DNA of 64,000 nt from an uncultured Planctomycetota bacterium (GTDB taxonomy: Bacteria > Planctomycetota > Planctomycetia > Pirellulales > Lacipirellulaceae): NCBI GenBank assembly GCA_963719315.1, contig CAVRBU010000001.1:128001-192000 (forward strand), read 5' to 3'. Each line of letters starts with the position of its first letter. The stretch's first letter is position 1. Below, one piece after another: positions 45,975-57,199 of the stretch. Both the position numbers and the translations under genes were made by a program. The notes under the pieces were generated by a model. It made no database searches and was not told the DNA's origin. It was given only the letters and a program-made list of their open reading frames with translations.

Positions 45975-48263
45975 TTACGCGGCGGCTCCTAAGAGCGCGC
46001 CGTCTCCGCGGCCGGCGTTTGATTCGTCATCGCCGTTTTCCGCATCGTGACCGTAGCCGTATCCATATCCGTAACTATATCCGTAGCCGCAGGCCGATTG
46101 TGACGAAAGTCCGTTCGCCACAATGCCAAGCACGCTCGTGCCCGTGGCAGCGAAACTCTGACAGGCGCGGGCGACCAATCGGCGATGATTCTTCTGCGGC
46201 TGGACGACGAGGATAGCGCCGTCGACTAACCGCCCAACGATTTGCGCGTCGCTCACTGCGAGGACGGGCGGACAATCGATCAACACCTGATCGTAAGTCG
46301 CTTCGGCCCACGCTAATAGTTCGCCAAAGTTCGGGCTGCTGAGCAACTCGGCCGGATTGGGCCGCCGCAATCCGGCTGGCAATACATCGAGGCTGTGCAG
46401 CTCGGTGCGTTGCACCAGGTTGGTGGCCGCCTTATCGGTGCGTTCACGGCCCATTAGCACGTCAGCCACGCCGAGCTTGCCTTTGAGCCCCATCATCGTA
46501 GTCAAGCCGGGCTTCCGCAGGTCGGCGTCGATGATGAGCGTTTTCTTGCCGGCTTGCGCGAACGAAACCGCCAAGTTGATCGCTACGGTCGTTTTGCCGT
46601 CGCTGGGCTCGGCGCTGGAAATCGCGATGCGATCGGTGGGCCCGTTACCGAGCGTGAGCGCGGTGCGAAGTGTGCGGAAAGCCTCGGTCTCGACCGCATT
46701 CGGCGAGACAAACGTATGAACCGATGTCAGCCCGTTCCCAGCGAGCGACTCGAGCTTGCGCACGATCGACAGGACGGGCACTCCAAGCTGGGCTGAGATT
46801 TCTTCCGGCGAGTTGAACCGATCGTCCAATACGTCTTGCACGTAGGCGATAGCGCAGCCCACCATCAATCCGCCGAGCAGCGACACGATTGCGATCATCC
46901 GCAATTTGGGAGAATCGGCGTGTTCTTCCGGCAAGGCCTCTTCGACGACAGTAGCTTGGATGGGGGCTTGCAGTTGCAGGTTATCCACGGCCGCGATTTT
47001 GCTGATCAGTTCGTCGTACGCCGTCTCAAGCCGCGAGACTTCGTGCTCGACATCCTGCATCCGCTGCATGTCTTCGCTTTGCGAACGTGCCTTTTTGCGC
47101 TCGTCATTGAAAGCGACCTGCAGTTGGTGCTCTTGCTCGATCGCCTGAGTGACCGAATGCTGAAGCATCTTTTCCATGAGCGGTCCCAATTCTTTGCTGC
47201 CGAAGGCGGCTAGCCGATCGGCTGTGTGGCCGCGGTAGTTTGCCAGGTATGCTTCGATCGCGCGGATTTGCGTATTAAGCTCGGCTACTTTGGGATGTCC
47301 GGGACCGTAAAACGCGGAAGCCCGCTGCAACTCGGCCTGTGCATCGAGCAGCTTTTGCTCTTGGGCTTTCACCAGGGCCAGATCCTGCGGCGTGAGGCCG
47401 AGCGCGGAAATGAGCATTTGCCGGCCGACGGCTTCTTCCAGGCCGACAAGATATTGCTGTAGGTCTTCGCCGCTGGCGATGGCTGTCTTAATGGAAGCCA
47501 GTGACGCTTCAAGCTTCATCCGCCGCTGCTGGGCTTCCAGGAGTGCGTCGTTGAATTTAAGTGCGCGTTGGATCGTCGGCTCGGAAAGGCCGCCGTCCTC
47601 GGATTTGACGGCCAAACTGCCAACTCGGTCGCGTATAGTTTGCAGCTCAGTCTTTCGCGAGGCGAGCTTCGCGCCGATTTCGTCGCTGCTTTGCTTGAGC
47701 GTCGCGATGACCTCGCCAGCCGAACCCTTGTGCGTGTGATCCACGAATTGAAGATACGATTGCACGACGGCGCTTACGACGGCCGCTGCCGCCTCCGGCG
47801 AGCGAGACCGGTAGCTGACCTCGATAAAGTTGGCCTTGCGCGTCGTCCGAGCCACAAGCCGCGAGGCGATTACCTTGTTCCAATCGGCCAACGGCGAGTC
47901 CTGCAAATCGATGCGATGTTCGGGCAGCAGGTGCTCGATCGCATCTTGAATGACGACTGGGCTGGTGACGATCTCGCGGTGGGTCGAAAGCGTGCTTTCG
48001 AGCGAGGTTTGATCGGCTACACTCGCTACCTGATCTTGGTTTCGCTCGGCGATCCACAGCTTGGCCTTGGAATCGTAGTAGCGGGGCGCCAGCGCGTAGT
48101 AGATTGCCCCGATAATGACCGCCACGCACACAGCGTGCAAAATCGTCGAGCGGCGATACAGCGCGATTTGCCACAACCGGAATAAACTGTGCACGACCTC
48201 GGACGACATCGCGTCGTCCGGCGCATCGAGTAGCTGCAAGTCGGTGTCGGGTGATATGGTCAT
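45975..48263 (-). CDS. wzc: Polysaccharide co-polymerase / tyrosine autokinase
   Basis: Two TMs flanking a coiled coil, EPSDGKTT, IDADLRKP, DCPP and a C-terminal Tyr cluster GYGYSYGYGYGY. Confidence 0.93.
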   Translation of the reverse strand: MTISPDTDLQLLDAPDDAMSSEVVHSLFRLWQIALYRRSTILHAVCVAVIIGAIYYALAPRYYDSKAKLWIAERNQDQVASVADQTSLESTLSTHREIVTSPVVIQDAIEHLLPEHRIDLQDSPLADWNKVIASRLVARTTRKANFIEVSYRSRSPEAAAAVVSAVVQSYLQFVDHTHKGSAGEVIATLKQSSDEIGAKLASRKTELQTIRDRVGSLAVKSEDGGLSEPTIQRALKFNDALLEAQQRRMKLEASLASIKTAIASGEDLQQYLVGLEEAVGRQMLISALGLTPQDLALVKAQEQKLLDAQAELQRASAFYGPGHPKVAELNTQIRAIEAYLANYRGHTADRLAAFGSKELGPLMEKMLQHSVTQAIEQEHQLQVAFNDERKKARSQSEDMQRMQDVEHEVSRLETAYDELISKIAAVDNLQLQAPIQATVVEEALPEEHADSPKLRMIAIVSLLGGLMVGCAIAYVQDVLDDRFNSPEEISAQLGVPVLSIVRKLESLAGNGLTSVHTFVSPNAVETEAFRTLRTALTLGNGPTDRIAISSAEPSDGKTTVAINLAVSFAQAGKKTLIIDADLRKPGLTTMMGLKGKLGVADVLMGRERTDKAATNLVQRTELHSLDVLPAGLRRPNPAELLSSPNFGELLAWAEATYDQVLIDCPPVLAVSDAQIVGRLVDGAILVVQPQKNHRRLVARACQSFAATGTSVLGIVANGLSSQSACGYGYSYGYGYGYGHDAENGDDESNAGRGDGALLGAAA

Positions 48264-48282
48264 GCAATTGCGGCAACTGTCA

Positions 48283-48348
48283 GGTGGGCAATGCCCACAG
48301 CATCCCTGATTCAACCAACGACAAAGGTGGGCAATGCACTGCCCCCAC
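48283..48348. repeat. REP-like palindromes between wza and wzc
   Basis: GTGGGCA-A-TGCCCAC (48284-48298) and a degenerate second copy starting at 48326. Confidence 0.6.
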
Positions 48349-48349
48349 G

Positions 48350-49603
48350 TTAGAACGCGGCCACGCTCCCGTTCAAACCCAGGGCTACGCGAAAAAACTT
48401 ACTGATCGTATCGACTGTCATTGTGGTCATCGTATCTTCGACGCTTACCAAATCGCCCTCGGCGAGCCGCAAGTTTTCGTCGCCATCGCGCTTGGCCTTT
48501 GCTATGCTGATCTGAATGACGGCCGGCTCGGCCATATTGGGCAATTGGCGTATGACGTAAACCTTGTCGGCGACAGACGATGTCGTGCCGCCGGCCATTG
48601 CAATGGCGTCGAGAACGCGTATGTCTTTGTCGCGTACTAACTCGAATTGGTCCGGTTTTCGCACAAGCCCGGTCACATGCACCAGCCGTTTCTCTTGAGG
48701 CAGCACGTTGACGACATCGCGGTCTTCCAATTGGCGATTTTCCGAATTGCTCGGCCCGGCTTGCGCGAGGTCGATCCGCGACATCTCCGCATTGCCATTT
48801 GCAGGTAGCTCGGTCGGCTGGGTGAACGACGCCTGCTCAACGGCATTAGAATGGTCGGGGGCGATTATGCCTTTCGCCTTGGCGGCAAGGATGGAGTTTC
48901 CTCGATGCAGAATTTCGACTTGCGTGCCGGCATTGGGAGCTAAGCCTCCAGCCGCAGCCAGGGCGCTAGCCAGGTCGCAAGACCCGCGCGGCAGTTCGAC
49001 CACGCCAGGCTTGGCGACCGCGCCCAGCACGGTAACGTGATTCGTAGCCCGCTGCGTGACGGTGAGCGTGACAGCCGGTTGGCGGTAGATGCCGCGTTCG
49101 ACGGCAGCAGCCGCGATTTGCTGTTCGGCGGCCACCGGTTCCATGTCGCCAATCACGACCGGTCCGATCAGCGGAACCATGATCGTGCCATCTTGCGCAA
49201 CGCGCGCCGGCACAGGAGTGACTCGCTCATCGGCACTGCCGCTCACGATCGTAATCGATATCAGGTCGCCGGCGCCGATCTGCGAGGTGCCGACACCATC
49301 GCTGCCCATCCGTTCGAGGTTGAGCCCGGTTGACGTTGGCATGGTCGGCGCTTGCAACTCCACGGGCATACTACGAGACGTGTAATTGCCGGTGCGGCAG
49401 CCGAGCAATTCGCACACAGCGATCATCAAACACGCGCTCAGCCTCGCGCACGGCGGCGCGCACGACGGCGCGTGCCGTGGATTCGCGCGGCTTGTCGGTT
49501 GCTTACGAATTCGCGAGGGCAGGACATGGCGGCCCAAAAGACAAGAAAAAATGCGTTCGCGCAAGGCGACCACACAGGGCGTCGCCCGGCACTTTGCGAC
49601 CAA
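48350..49603 (-). CDS. wza: Polysaccharide export protein with SLBB domains; true start probably downstream of 49603
   Basis: Lipobox LLGC, IGAGD, DGTIMVPLIG, VLGAVAKPG, AIAMAGG. Confidence 0.85.
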   Translation of the reverse strand: MVAKCRATPCVVALRERIFSCLLGRHVLPSRIRKQPTSRANPRHAPSCAPPCARLSACLMIAVCELLGCRTGNYTSRSMPVELQAPTMPTSTGLNLERMGSDGVGTSQIGAGDLISITIVSGSADERVTPVPARVAQDGTIMVPLIGPVVIGDMEPVAAEQQIAAAAVERGIYRQPAVTLTVTQRATNHVTVLGAVAKPGVVELPRGSCDLASALAAAGGLAPNAGTQVEILHRGNSILAAKAKGIIAPDHSNAVEQASFTQPTELPANGNAEMSRIDLAQAGPSNSENRQLEDRDVVNVLPQEKRLVHVTGLVRKPDQFELVRDKDIRVLDAIAMAGGTTSSVADKVYVIRQLPNMAEPAVIQISIAKAKRDGDENLRLAEGDLVSVEDTMTTMTVDTISKFFRVALGLNGSVAAF

Positions 49604-49820
49604 TGTTAATACATAATCGGGCCGTACCTCTCAAGACAGCTTGGCAATCAATGCGGCGGGGTTATTCAGTCGCCCGATGCTATCGGCGACGCACAGTCTG
49701 ATTGCACTGTAGGGGATGAACGTCGGTGGTTGCGCCAACTGAACTTGTTAATGGTGCATGCATTCGATATTGTTCGCGGTCCCCAATCGAAGCGGCAGCA
49801 CGCCAGCATCGAGCAAACGC

Positions 49821-50867
49821 ATGTTTCACGACAAAACAATATTCGTCACAGGCGGAACCGGATCATTCGGTCACGACTTCATCAAGCTCGTGCTCACAAG
49901 TCACGAACCGCGGCGAGTCATCGTGTATAGCCGCGACGAAAAGAAACAACACGACATGCGGCTCGCCTACGACGATCCGCGGCTGGTGTTCGTGATCGGC
50001 GACATTCGTGACCGGCACCACGTGGCCAGCGCAATGCGCGGCGTCGATTTCGTATTCCATGCGGCTGCACTAAAGCAAGTGCCTTCATGCGAGTTTTTCC
50101 CGATGGAGGCCGTGCAAACGAACATCATCGGGACACACCACGTGCTGGAAGCGGCCGAGCAAAACGGCGTGCAAAAACTGGTCGTGCTCAGCACCGACAA
50201 AGCCGTGCGCCCGATTAACGCCATGGGCCAGTCGAAGGCCCTCATGGAAAAGTTGATGCTGGCTCGTTCGCAGGAGCCACAGACGACTGTTACGTTCTGC
50301 GGCGTGCGGTATGGAAACGTGATGTATTCGCGCGGCTCGGTAATACCGCTGTTCGTGGATCAAATCTCCAGCGGCAGACCGCTCACGATTACGCACGCCG
50401 ATATGACGCGGTTGCTGCTGCCGTTATCGGAAGCAGTGGAGCTAGTCACGTTTGCGATCGAGCACGGCAACCAGGGCGATTTATTCGTGCGCAAAGCTGC
50501 GGCAGCGACTGTGGGCGACCTGGCGCGGGCAACGCTCAATGTGTTCGAGGCTTCAAATCCGATCGAAGTCGTCGGCATCCGGGCCGGCGAAAAGATGCAC
50601 GAAGTGCTCGTCTCAGCGGAAGAGTTCGCGCGGGCAGAAGAGTTCGACGATTACTATCGTATCGATTGCTTCCGCGGCCGCAATTACGACGAGTTCTTTA
50701 CGCGTGGCATCCAATCGGCGGCGTTTGTCAGAGACGGGTACACCTCGGAAAACGCACATCGTTTGACGGTCCCCGAGATCGAACAACTGCTGCTCAGGCT
50801 GCCGGAGATTCGGGCCGCGCTCGCCACCCTCGGGCCATTAATGCAAGTCCAGGGGCGCGCGGCATGA
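49821..50867 (+). CDS. fnlA: UDP-GlcNAc 4,6-dehydratase/5-epimerase (FnlA/CapE/WbjB)
   Basis: TGGTGSFG, SRDEKKQ, AALKQVPSCEFFP, RYGNVMYSRGSVIP, GEKMHE. Confidence 0.92.
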   Translation: MFHDKTIFVTGGTGSFGHDFIKLVLTSHEPRRVIVYSRDEKKQHDMRLAYDDPRLVFVIGDIRDRHHVASAMRGVDFVFHAAALKQVPSCEFFPMEAVQTNIIGTHHVLEAAEQNGVQKLVVLSTDKAVRPINAMGQSKALMEKLMLARSQEPQTTVTFCGVRYGNVMYSRGSVIPLFVDQISSGRPLTITHADMTRLLLPLSEAVELVTFAIEHGNQGDLFVRKAAAATVGDLARATLNVFEASNPIEVVGIRAGEKMHEVLVSAEEFARAEEFDDYYRIDCFRGRNYDEFFTRGIQSAAFVRDGYTSENAHRLTVPEIEQLLLRLPEIRAALATLGPLMQVQGRAA

Positions 50868-51997
50868 GCAACTCAGCAAGACTTTTTACTGTCGGCATCA
50901 CCGGACCGCGCGGCTTCATCGCGGGGCATCTGTCGCGTCAGCTCGCCCTCGATTCCACGCTGCGCACGATCACTTGCCCGCGAGAAAGCGTTTTTCGGCC
51001 CGAATCGCTCCGTGAATTCGTGGGCAACTGCAACACGGTTGTCCACTTGGCTGGTCTGAATCGCGGCAGCGAGCAGGATATCTATGACATCAACGTGGGG
51101 TTGGTCGAACGGCTGATTGAGTCGCTGTCGTCGTCCAACACGGCGCCGCACGTGATTTTCGCATCCTCCACACAGCGCGATATGGCGACTGCGTATGGCC
51201 GCTCGAAAAAAGTTAGCGAAAGCCGGCTGCGCGAATGGGCTAAACAGTCTGGTGCACCGCTTACCGTCCTGGTGATTCCGAACGTATTCGGACCTGGCTG
51301 CCGGCCGTATTACAACTCCGTCGTGGCCACGTTTTGTGAGCAACTCGCACACGACCAACAGCCGGTCGTCATCGACGACCAATCGCTGGCCCTAGTGTGG
51401 ATTAACGACTTGGTCGATGCGATCGGCCAGCTCATCCGCGATCGCCGCCCTGGCATTCACGAAGCGTGCGTTGCCGGACCGGCACAGATCACAGTTTCCG
51501 ACCTCCTCGCCAAGCTGCAAGCGATGCGCAATGGCTTTTTTGATGAAAACACCGTGCCGAACCTGGCCGATCCGTTCGATGCCAACCTGTACACGACATT
51601 CATGTCGCACGTAGATCTCGACGATCACTGCCATCGTCCGAGGTTGCACAGCGACGCCCGCGGCCAGCTATTCGAGATCATGCGACTCGCTGGCGGCGGC
51701 CAAATCTTTTTTTCGACGACCAAACCGGGCGTGATCCGTGGCGACCACTTTCACAGCCGCAAAGTGGAATGGTTTTGCGTTGTTCGCGGTGAGGCCGCCA
51801 TTCGCATCCGCCGCGTCGGCGACACGCGCGTCCGCGAGTTTCGCGTCTCTGGTGAGAAGCCAGAATTCATTTCCATTCCGGCGTTGCATACACACCAAAT
51901 TGAAAATGTCGGCAGCGAGGAGCTGTTGACGATGTTCTGGTGCAACGAAACTTTTCAGCAGGGCGACCCGGATACGTTTTATGAGAAAGTTGCGTAA
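50864..51997 (+). CDS. fnlB: UDP-2-acetamido-2,6-dideoxy-hexos-4-ulose reductase with cupin domain (FnlB/CapF/WbjC)
   Basis: HLAGLNR, PNVFG..CRPYYNSVVATFC, RGDHFHSRKVE. Confidence 0.9.
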   Translation: MSNSARLFTVGITGPRGFIAGHLSRQLALDSTLRTITCPRESVFRPESLREFVGNCNTVVHLAGLNRGSEQDIYDINVGLVERLIESLSSSNTAPHVIFASSTQRDMATAYGRSKKVSESRLREWAKQSGAPLTVLVIPNVFGPGCRPYYNSVVATFCEQLAHDQQPVVIDDQSLALVWINDLVDAIGQLIRDRRPGIHEACVAGPAQITVSDLLAKLQAMRNGFFDENTVPNLADPFDANLYTTFMSHVDLDDHCHRPRLHSDARGQLFEIMRLAGGGQIFFSTTKPGVIRGDHFHSRKVEWFCVVRGEAAIRIRRVGDTRVREFRVSGEKPEFISIPALHTHQIENVGSEELLTMFWCNETFQQGDPDTFYEKVA

Positions 51998-52017
51998 CTG
52001 TCATTCGCTCTGAAAAG

Positions 52018-52103
52018 GGTGAGTAAGTGAGTAGGTGAGTAAGTGCGTTGAAGGGAAGTCTCCGCGATTACCTACTCACTTATTCACTCGCTTACCTACT
52101 CAC
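52018..52103. repeat. Inverted 8-mer repeat arms between fnlB and fnlC
   Basis: About four GTGAGTAR units, then complementary TACTCAC-type units. Confidence 0.8.
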
Positions 52104-52111
52104 ATTGCCCT

Positions 52112-53242
52112 ATGTGCCGGCTCAAAGTCATGACCGTACTTGGCACGCGACCGGAGATTATTCGGCTCTCGCGCGTGATGGCGTTGCTCGACGAGCATGC
52201 GCAGCACTTGCTCGTGCATACAGGGCAAAACTCCGACTATGAGCTAAACGATGTTTTCTTTCGCGATCTTGAAGTGCGGCAGCCGGATTATTTCTTGAAG
52301 ATCAACCGGTCGTCGCTCGGGCACATTCTGGGCGATGTACTGATCAAGTCGGAAGAAGTATTGGCGGCCGAACGGCCGGATGCCGTGCTGATTCTTGGCG
52401 ACACCAACAGCGCATTCGCCGGCATCATCGCACGGCGGATGAAGATACCGCTGTTTCACATGGAGGCCGGCAACCGTTCGTTCGACTTCAACGTACCGGA
52501 GGAAATCAACCGGCGGATCATCGACCATGTGAGCGACTTCAATTTGGTCTATACCGAGCACGCGCGGCGGAACCTGCTCGCGGAAGGTATCCACCCACGG
52601 CGGATTTATTTGACCGGTTCGCCGATGCGCGAGGTGCTGGACGCCAATCGCGCCGGTATTGCCGGTTCGGAAATTTTGCAACGGCTGGCACTCGAGCGTC
52701 GCGAGTTTTTCGTCGTCAGCATGCATCGGACTGAAAATGTGGACGTCCGATCGCGATTGACCCAACTCGTGGAGACGCTAAACCGACTGGCGGTTGAATA
52801 TGTCTGGCCAGTGATCGTCAGTACCCATCCGCGGACGCGCGAACGGCTCGCTGCACTCGGTATGGAGTGCCATCCAAACATTCGATTTCTACCGCCGTTT
52901 GGGTACCACGATTACTTGCGGTTGCAGACGGATGCATACTGCACGCTCTCCGATAGCGGCACGATCAGCGAAGAAAGCTCCATTCTCGGTTTTCCCGCGA
53001 TCACGATGCGAAACGCCATCGAGCGGCCGGAGGCGCTCGATTCCGGGCATATCCTGCTCACAGGGATCGATAGCGAGACAATTCTGCGGGCCGTCGCGCT
53101 CGTGGCGGCCGGCCGCGAGTTCGATTGTCACCAACCGATCGCGCCGGAATATGAGATCCGCAATACGTCGCATCGGGTCGTGAAGTTGATTTTGGGCACT
53201 GCCAAACTTGGGCATGTGTGGGACGGAATCGTGGCGGCATAG
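52112..53242 (+). CDS. fnlC: Non-hydrolysing UDP-sugar 2-epimerase (FnlC/CapG/WbjD)
   Basis: GTRPEIIRLS, HTGQN, GDTNS, EAGNR, PEEINR, SDSGT; follows fnlAB. Confidence 0.9.
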   Translation: MCRLKVMTVLGTRPEIIRLSRVMALLDEHAQHLLVHTGQNSDYELNDVFFRDLEVRQPDYFLKINRSSLGHILGDVLIKSEEVLAAERPDAVLILGDTNSAFAGIIARRMKIPLFHMEAGNRSFDFNVPEEINRRIIDHVSDFNLVYTEHARRNLLAEGIHPRRIYLTGSPMREVLDANRAGIAGSEILQRLALERREFFVVSMHRTENVDVRSRLTQLVETLNRLAVEYVWPVIVSTHPRTRERLAALGMECHPNIRFLPPFGYHDYLRLQTDAYCTLSDSGTISEESSILGFPAITMRNAIERPEALDSGHILLTGIDSETILRAVALVAAGREFDCHQPIAPEYEIRNTSHRVVKLILGTAKLGHVWDGIVAA

Positions 53243-53255
53243 TTTCGGAACAGCC

Positions 53256-55829
53256 ATGCGAATCCTGCTATTAACGCAATACTATCCGCCCGAGCCCGTG
53301 TTGAAATTCGCGGACCTTGCCGCGGGCTGCACGAACGTGGACACGAAGTGCAAGTCATTACGGGGTTTCCGTGTTATCCGGCTGGTGAAACGTATGCAGG
53401 TTATCGCCAACGACTGTACGACGAGCGGCAAGTCGACGGCGTGCTGGTCACGCGGCTGCCGCAGTTCACGGATCATAGCCGCTCGATCGTTCGAAGGGCG
53501 CTGTATTATCTTTCCTTCGCGCTAAGTGTGACGACAATCGGCCTGTGGCGGATGCGGCGGGCCGACGTGATTCTGGTGTATCAGTCCGCCCTGCCGACTG
53601 CACTCGCCGCCTGGTTCATGAGCCGCGCAAAGCGCGTGCCGTACGTGCTCGACGTGGCCGATCTATGGCCAGAAAGCGTCGCCGCTTCCGGCATGTTGCG
53701 CCACCCGATGTTGCTCGGCATCATCCGAGCGTGTATGCAGTTCGCGTATCGCGGCGCCGCACGAATCGTCGTCATCACCGAAGGGTATCGCGATCGCCTT
53801 TTGGCGCTCGGGGTTCCTCGCGACAAACTTGCACTCATTCATTATTGGGTCCCTACGGGCCAGTTTGACCCATTGCCGAGCGACGAAGAATTCGCCCGCG
53901 ATAAAGGTCTGCACGGGCGATTCAATGTGTTATACAGCGGCACCATGGGGCCGGTACAGGACTTGTCCGCCGTGATCGAAGCGGCGGCGCTTGTGGCCGA
54001 GGAACTGCCGCAAGTGCAGTTTGTGATGGTTGGCGACGGTTTGGAATATGAGTCGCTTGTGGCGCTTGCGGAACAACGCGGTGCATCGAACGTTCGATTT
54101 TTGGGCAGGCGGTCGCCCGCAGAGGTCCAACGGCTCTCTGCGGCCGCACACGTATTGTTAGTCCATTTGAAGCCGGATGAATTGACGCGCATTTCCATTC
54201 CATCGAAGACGTTCGCGTGCTTTGCCAGCGGACGTCCGATTTTGATGGCGGTCGAAGGCGAATCGAGCCGACTTGTCGAAAAACTTGGTTGCGGGATCGT
54301 GGCTACACCATCGAACCCGCTTGCATTGGCTGACGCCGTTCACAAATTGGTAGCAATGTCGGAGGGCGATCGCGAGCGCATGGCACAGGCGGGTCGGAAG
54401 GCCCACCGCGAGAATTACTGCTCTGAAGTGCAAGTACCAAAATTCGAGCAGTTGTTGAGTGAAACGGTAAGCACGGCGGGGCGTTTGCGATTGAACGACG
54501 CGCCCAAACGCCGATTGAAACGACGGGTCTATCGACGCGGCGGAAAGCGGCTGGCCGATCTCTTGATTGCGCTGCCGATGTTGGTCATCGCCGGTCCGCT
54601 GATGTTGATCATCGCCCTTGCCGTGCGTCTGAATCTCGGTGCGCCAGTGCTGTTCGCGCAAGATCGTCCCGGCATCAATGGCCGGTTATTCAAACTTTAC
54701 AAATTTCGCACGATGCGCGATGTACGCGACGCGGCTGGCTATCAACTTTCCGATTCACTGCGGCTGACGCGGTTCGGCCGCTTCCTCCGGGCAACAAGCC
54801 TCGACGAGCTGCCCGAGCTGTGGAACGTGTTGCGCGGCGAGATGAGCCTTGTCGGCCCGCGGCCTCTGCTGCCCGAATACCTCAAGCTGTACACGGCTCG
54901 CCATGCCCGTCGGCACGAAGTCCGGCCGGGGATCACCGGTTGGGCTCAGGTCAATGGGCGTAACAGTCTCGCGTGGGAAGAACGATTTAAGCGCGATGTG
55001 TGGTACGTAGACAACTGCAGTTTGTGGTTGGATATGAGGATTCTATTGGAAACGCTGTGGCAAGTCATTCGCCGCCGCGGCATCACATCGCCCGGACACG
55101 TAACCGCCGAGCCATTCACCGGGAGACAAACTCAGCACAAGTCGTCAGTGCGAGGAGCAGCTAAAGCCCGTGAAAAATCGATCATCGTTCTCGGTGCGGG
55201 TGGACACGCCAAAGTCGTGATCAGCACGTTGCGCACCGCAAGATGGGACGTTGAAGCCGTGTACGACGATGATGTGACAAAGCACGGCCTGCAAATACTA
55301 GGCGTCGAAATCCGCGGCTCCATCGCGGAGCTCGACCCGCAAGCATGCGGAACTGCGGTGATCGCGGTTGGCGACGCCCAGCGTCGGCGGGCGATTGCGG
55401 GGCGGTTTGCGTTCAATTGGGCGACGATCGTCCATCCGTTCGCTTGGGTTGATCCATTCGCAAAGCTGGGTCCCGGAGTAGTTGTGTGCGCAGGGCGCGG
55501 TGATTCAACCCGGATGTCAAATCGGTCGCCACGCGATCATCAATACGCTCGCCGGAGTAGACCACGATTGCCGAATCGGCGACTTTACACACATTGGCCC
55601 CGGAGCGCATTTAGCCGGTGGGGTTGTAGTCGGCGCCGAGTCGCTCGTTGGCGCAGGCGCGAGTGCGATTCCGGGCGTTCATATCGGCGATCGGACGATC
55701 GCCGGGGCGGGCGCCACCATCATAGACGACCTACCAAACGGCGTTGTCGCCGTCGGTTGCCCGGCCAGAGCTATTAACGACTCGTCGCCCGATGCAATCG
55801 AGGTGCCGCCCGTTTGCCACGCTTATTGA
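53256..55829 (+). CDS. Apparent fusion of WbuB-like GT4, PglC-like phosphoglycosyl transferase and PglD-like acetyltransferase; frameshifts near 53325 and 55495
   Basis: [22 protein letters not shown]; then [25 protein letters not shown]; then GAGGHAKV and hexapeptide repeats with DHDC. Confidence 0.8.
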
Positions 55830-55841
55830 CCCAGGTCTTGC

Positions 55842-57085
55842 ATGACGACAGTCACATCGGAAATCGCGTCGCACAAGCAATCGAACGAGCCACTACCAGG
55901 TTGGCCCGACCTCGACGAAGAGATGATCGACGCGGCCGCGCGAGTGCTACGGTCCGGCAAATTGAATTATTGGACGGGCACGGAAGGCCGCCAATTTGAG
56001 CGAGAATTGGCCGATTACGTGGGCTGCGACTTCGCGGTGGCGGTGTCCACCGGCACCGTAGCGCTCGAATTGGCACTCCTATCCCTGGGCGTCGGGCCAG
56101 GCGATGATGTGATTGTGCCCAGCCGCACGTTTGTGGCGACGGCGTCTGCCGTTTCGCGATGCGGTGCCATGCCGGTGTTTGCGGATGTCGATCGCGATTC
56201 GCAGAACATCACGGCAAGTGCCATTCGCGACCAATTGAGCGAGCGCACGCGGGCAGTGATCGTCGTACACTTGGCCGGCTGGCCGTGCGACATGGATCCA
56301 ATCGTAGAACTGGCACACGCACAAAACTTATTGGTTATCGAAGACTGTGCTCAATCTCACGGGGCCCGCTACAAAGGCCAGCCGATCGGCTCGCTGGGGG
56401 ATGTGGCGGCGTTTTCGTTTTGCCAGGACAAGATCATGACCACCGCCGGCGAAGGCGGCATGGTCGTCACGAATCGTCACGATATTTGGCAGCGAGCCTG
56501 GAGCTTCAAAGATCATGGCAAGAATTACGAAGCGGCGCACGCGCCCGCAAGCCCGGCTGGCTTTCGTTGGCTCCATGACTCAATTGGCACCAATTGGCGG
56601 CTTACGGAAGTTCAGTCCGCGATCGGCCGCGTTGCCCTGCGGCGATTGGATGCATGGGTCGAGAAACGCCGACGCCATGCGGCGATCCTGAATGACGAGT
56701 TGAATTCACTCGAGGCACTTCGCATTGCAACACCGCCGGACGACACACGGCATTCTTACTACAAGTGGTATGCATCTGTGCGCCCGACCGGTTGGCCGAC
56801 GGTTGGACGCGAGATCGCGTCGTCGATGAAATCAATCGCCGTGGTGTGCCTTGTTTCAGTGGCTCGTGCAGCGAGGTGTACCTGGAAAAAGCGTTTGATG
56901 ACTCCCTGCGTCCACTCATGCGGCACGCCGTGGCCCGCGAATTGGGCGAAACTAGCCTGATGCTGCTGGTGCATCCAACTTTGGCGGAACGTCACATTCG
57001 TACGGCTGCGGATATTGTGAAAGCATTGTTGTTGCAAGCAACGCGAATGGAGCTAGGGCATATCGATCAGCGAGTGGCCGCATGA
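55842..57085 (+). CDS. DegT/DnrJ/EryC1 sugar aminotransferase (PglE-like), frameshift near 56785
   Basis: GTVALELAL, EDCAQSHGA, SFCQDKIMTTAGEGG, GTNWRLTE. Confidence 0.9.
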
Positions 57086-57199
57086 CTGCGCCGACATTGG
57101 AAACAAAGTCAGCATCGAATTGCTCTTGCCGTAAAGTTCCGCCTTTACCTAGTATCTCGTCACCAATTTCCGTATCGACGCCTCTCGATAACGGCATTC

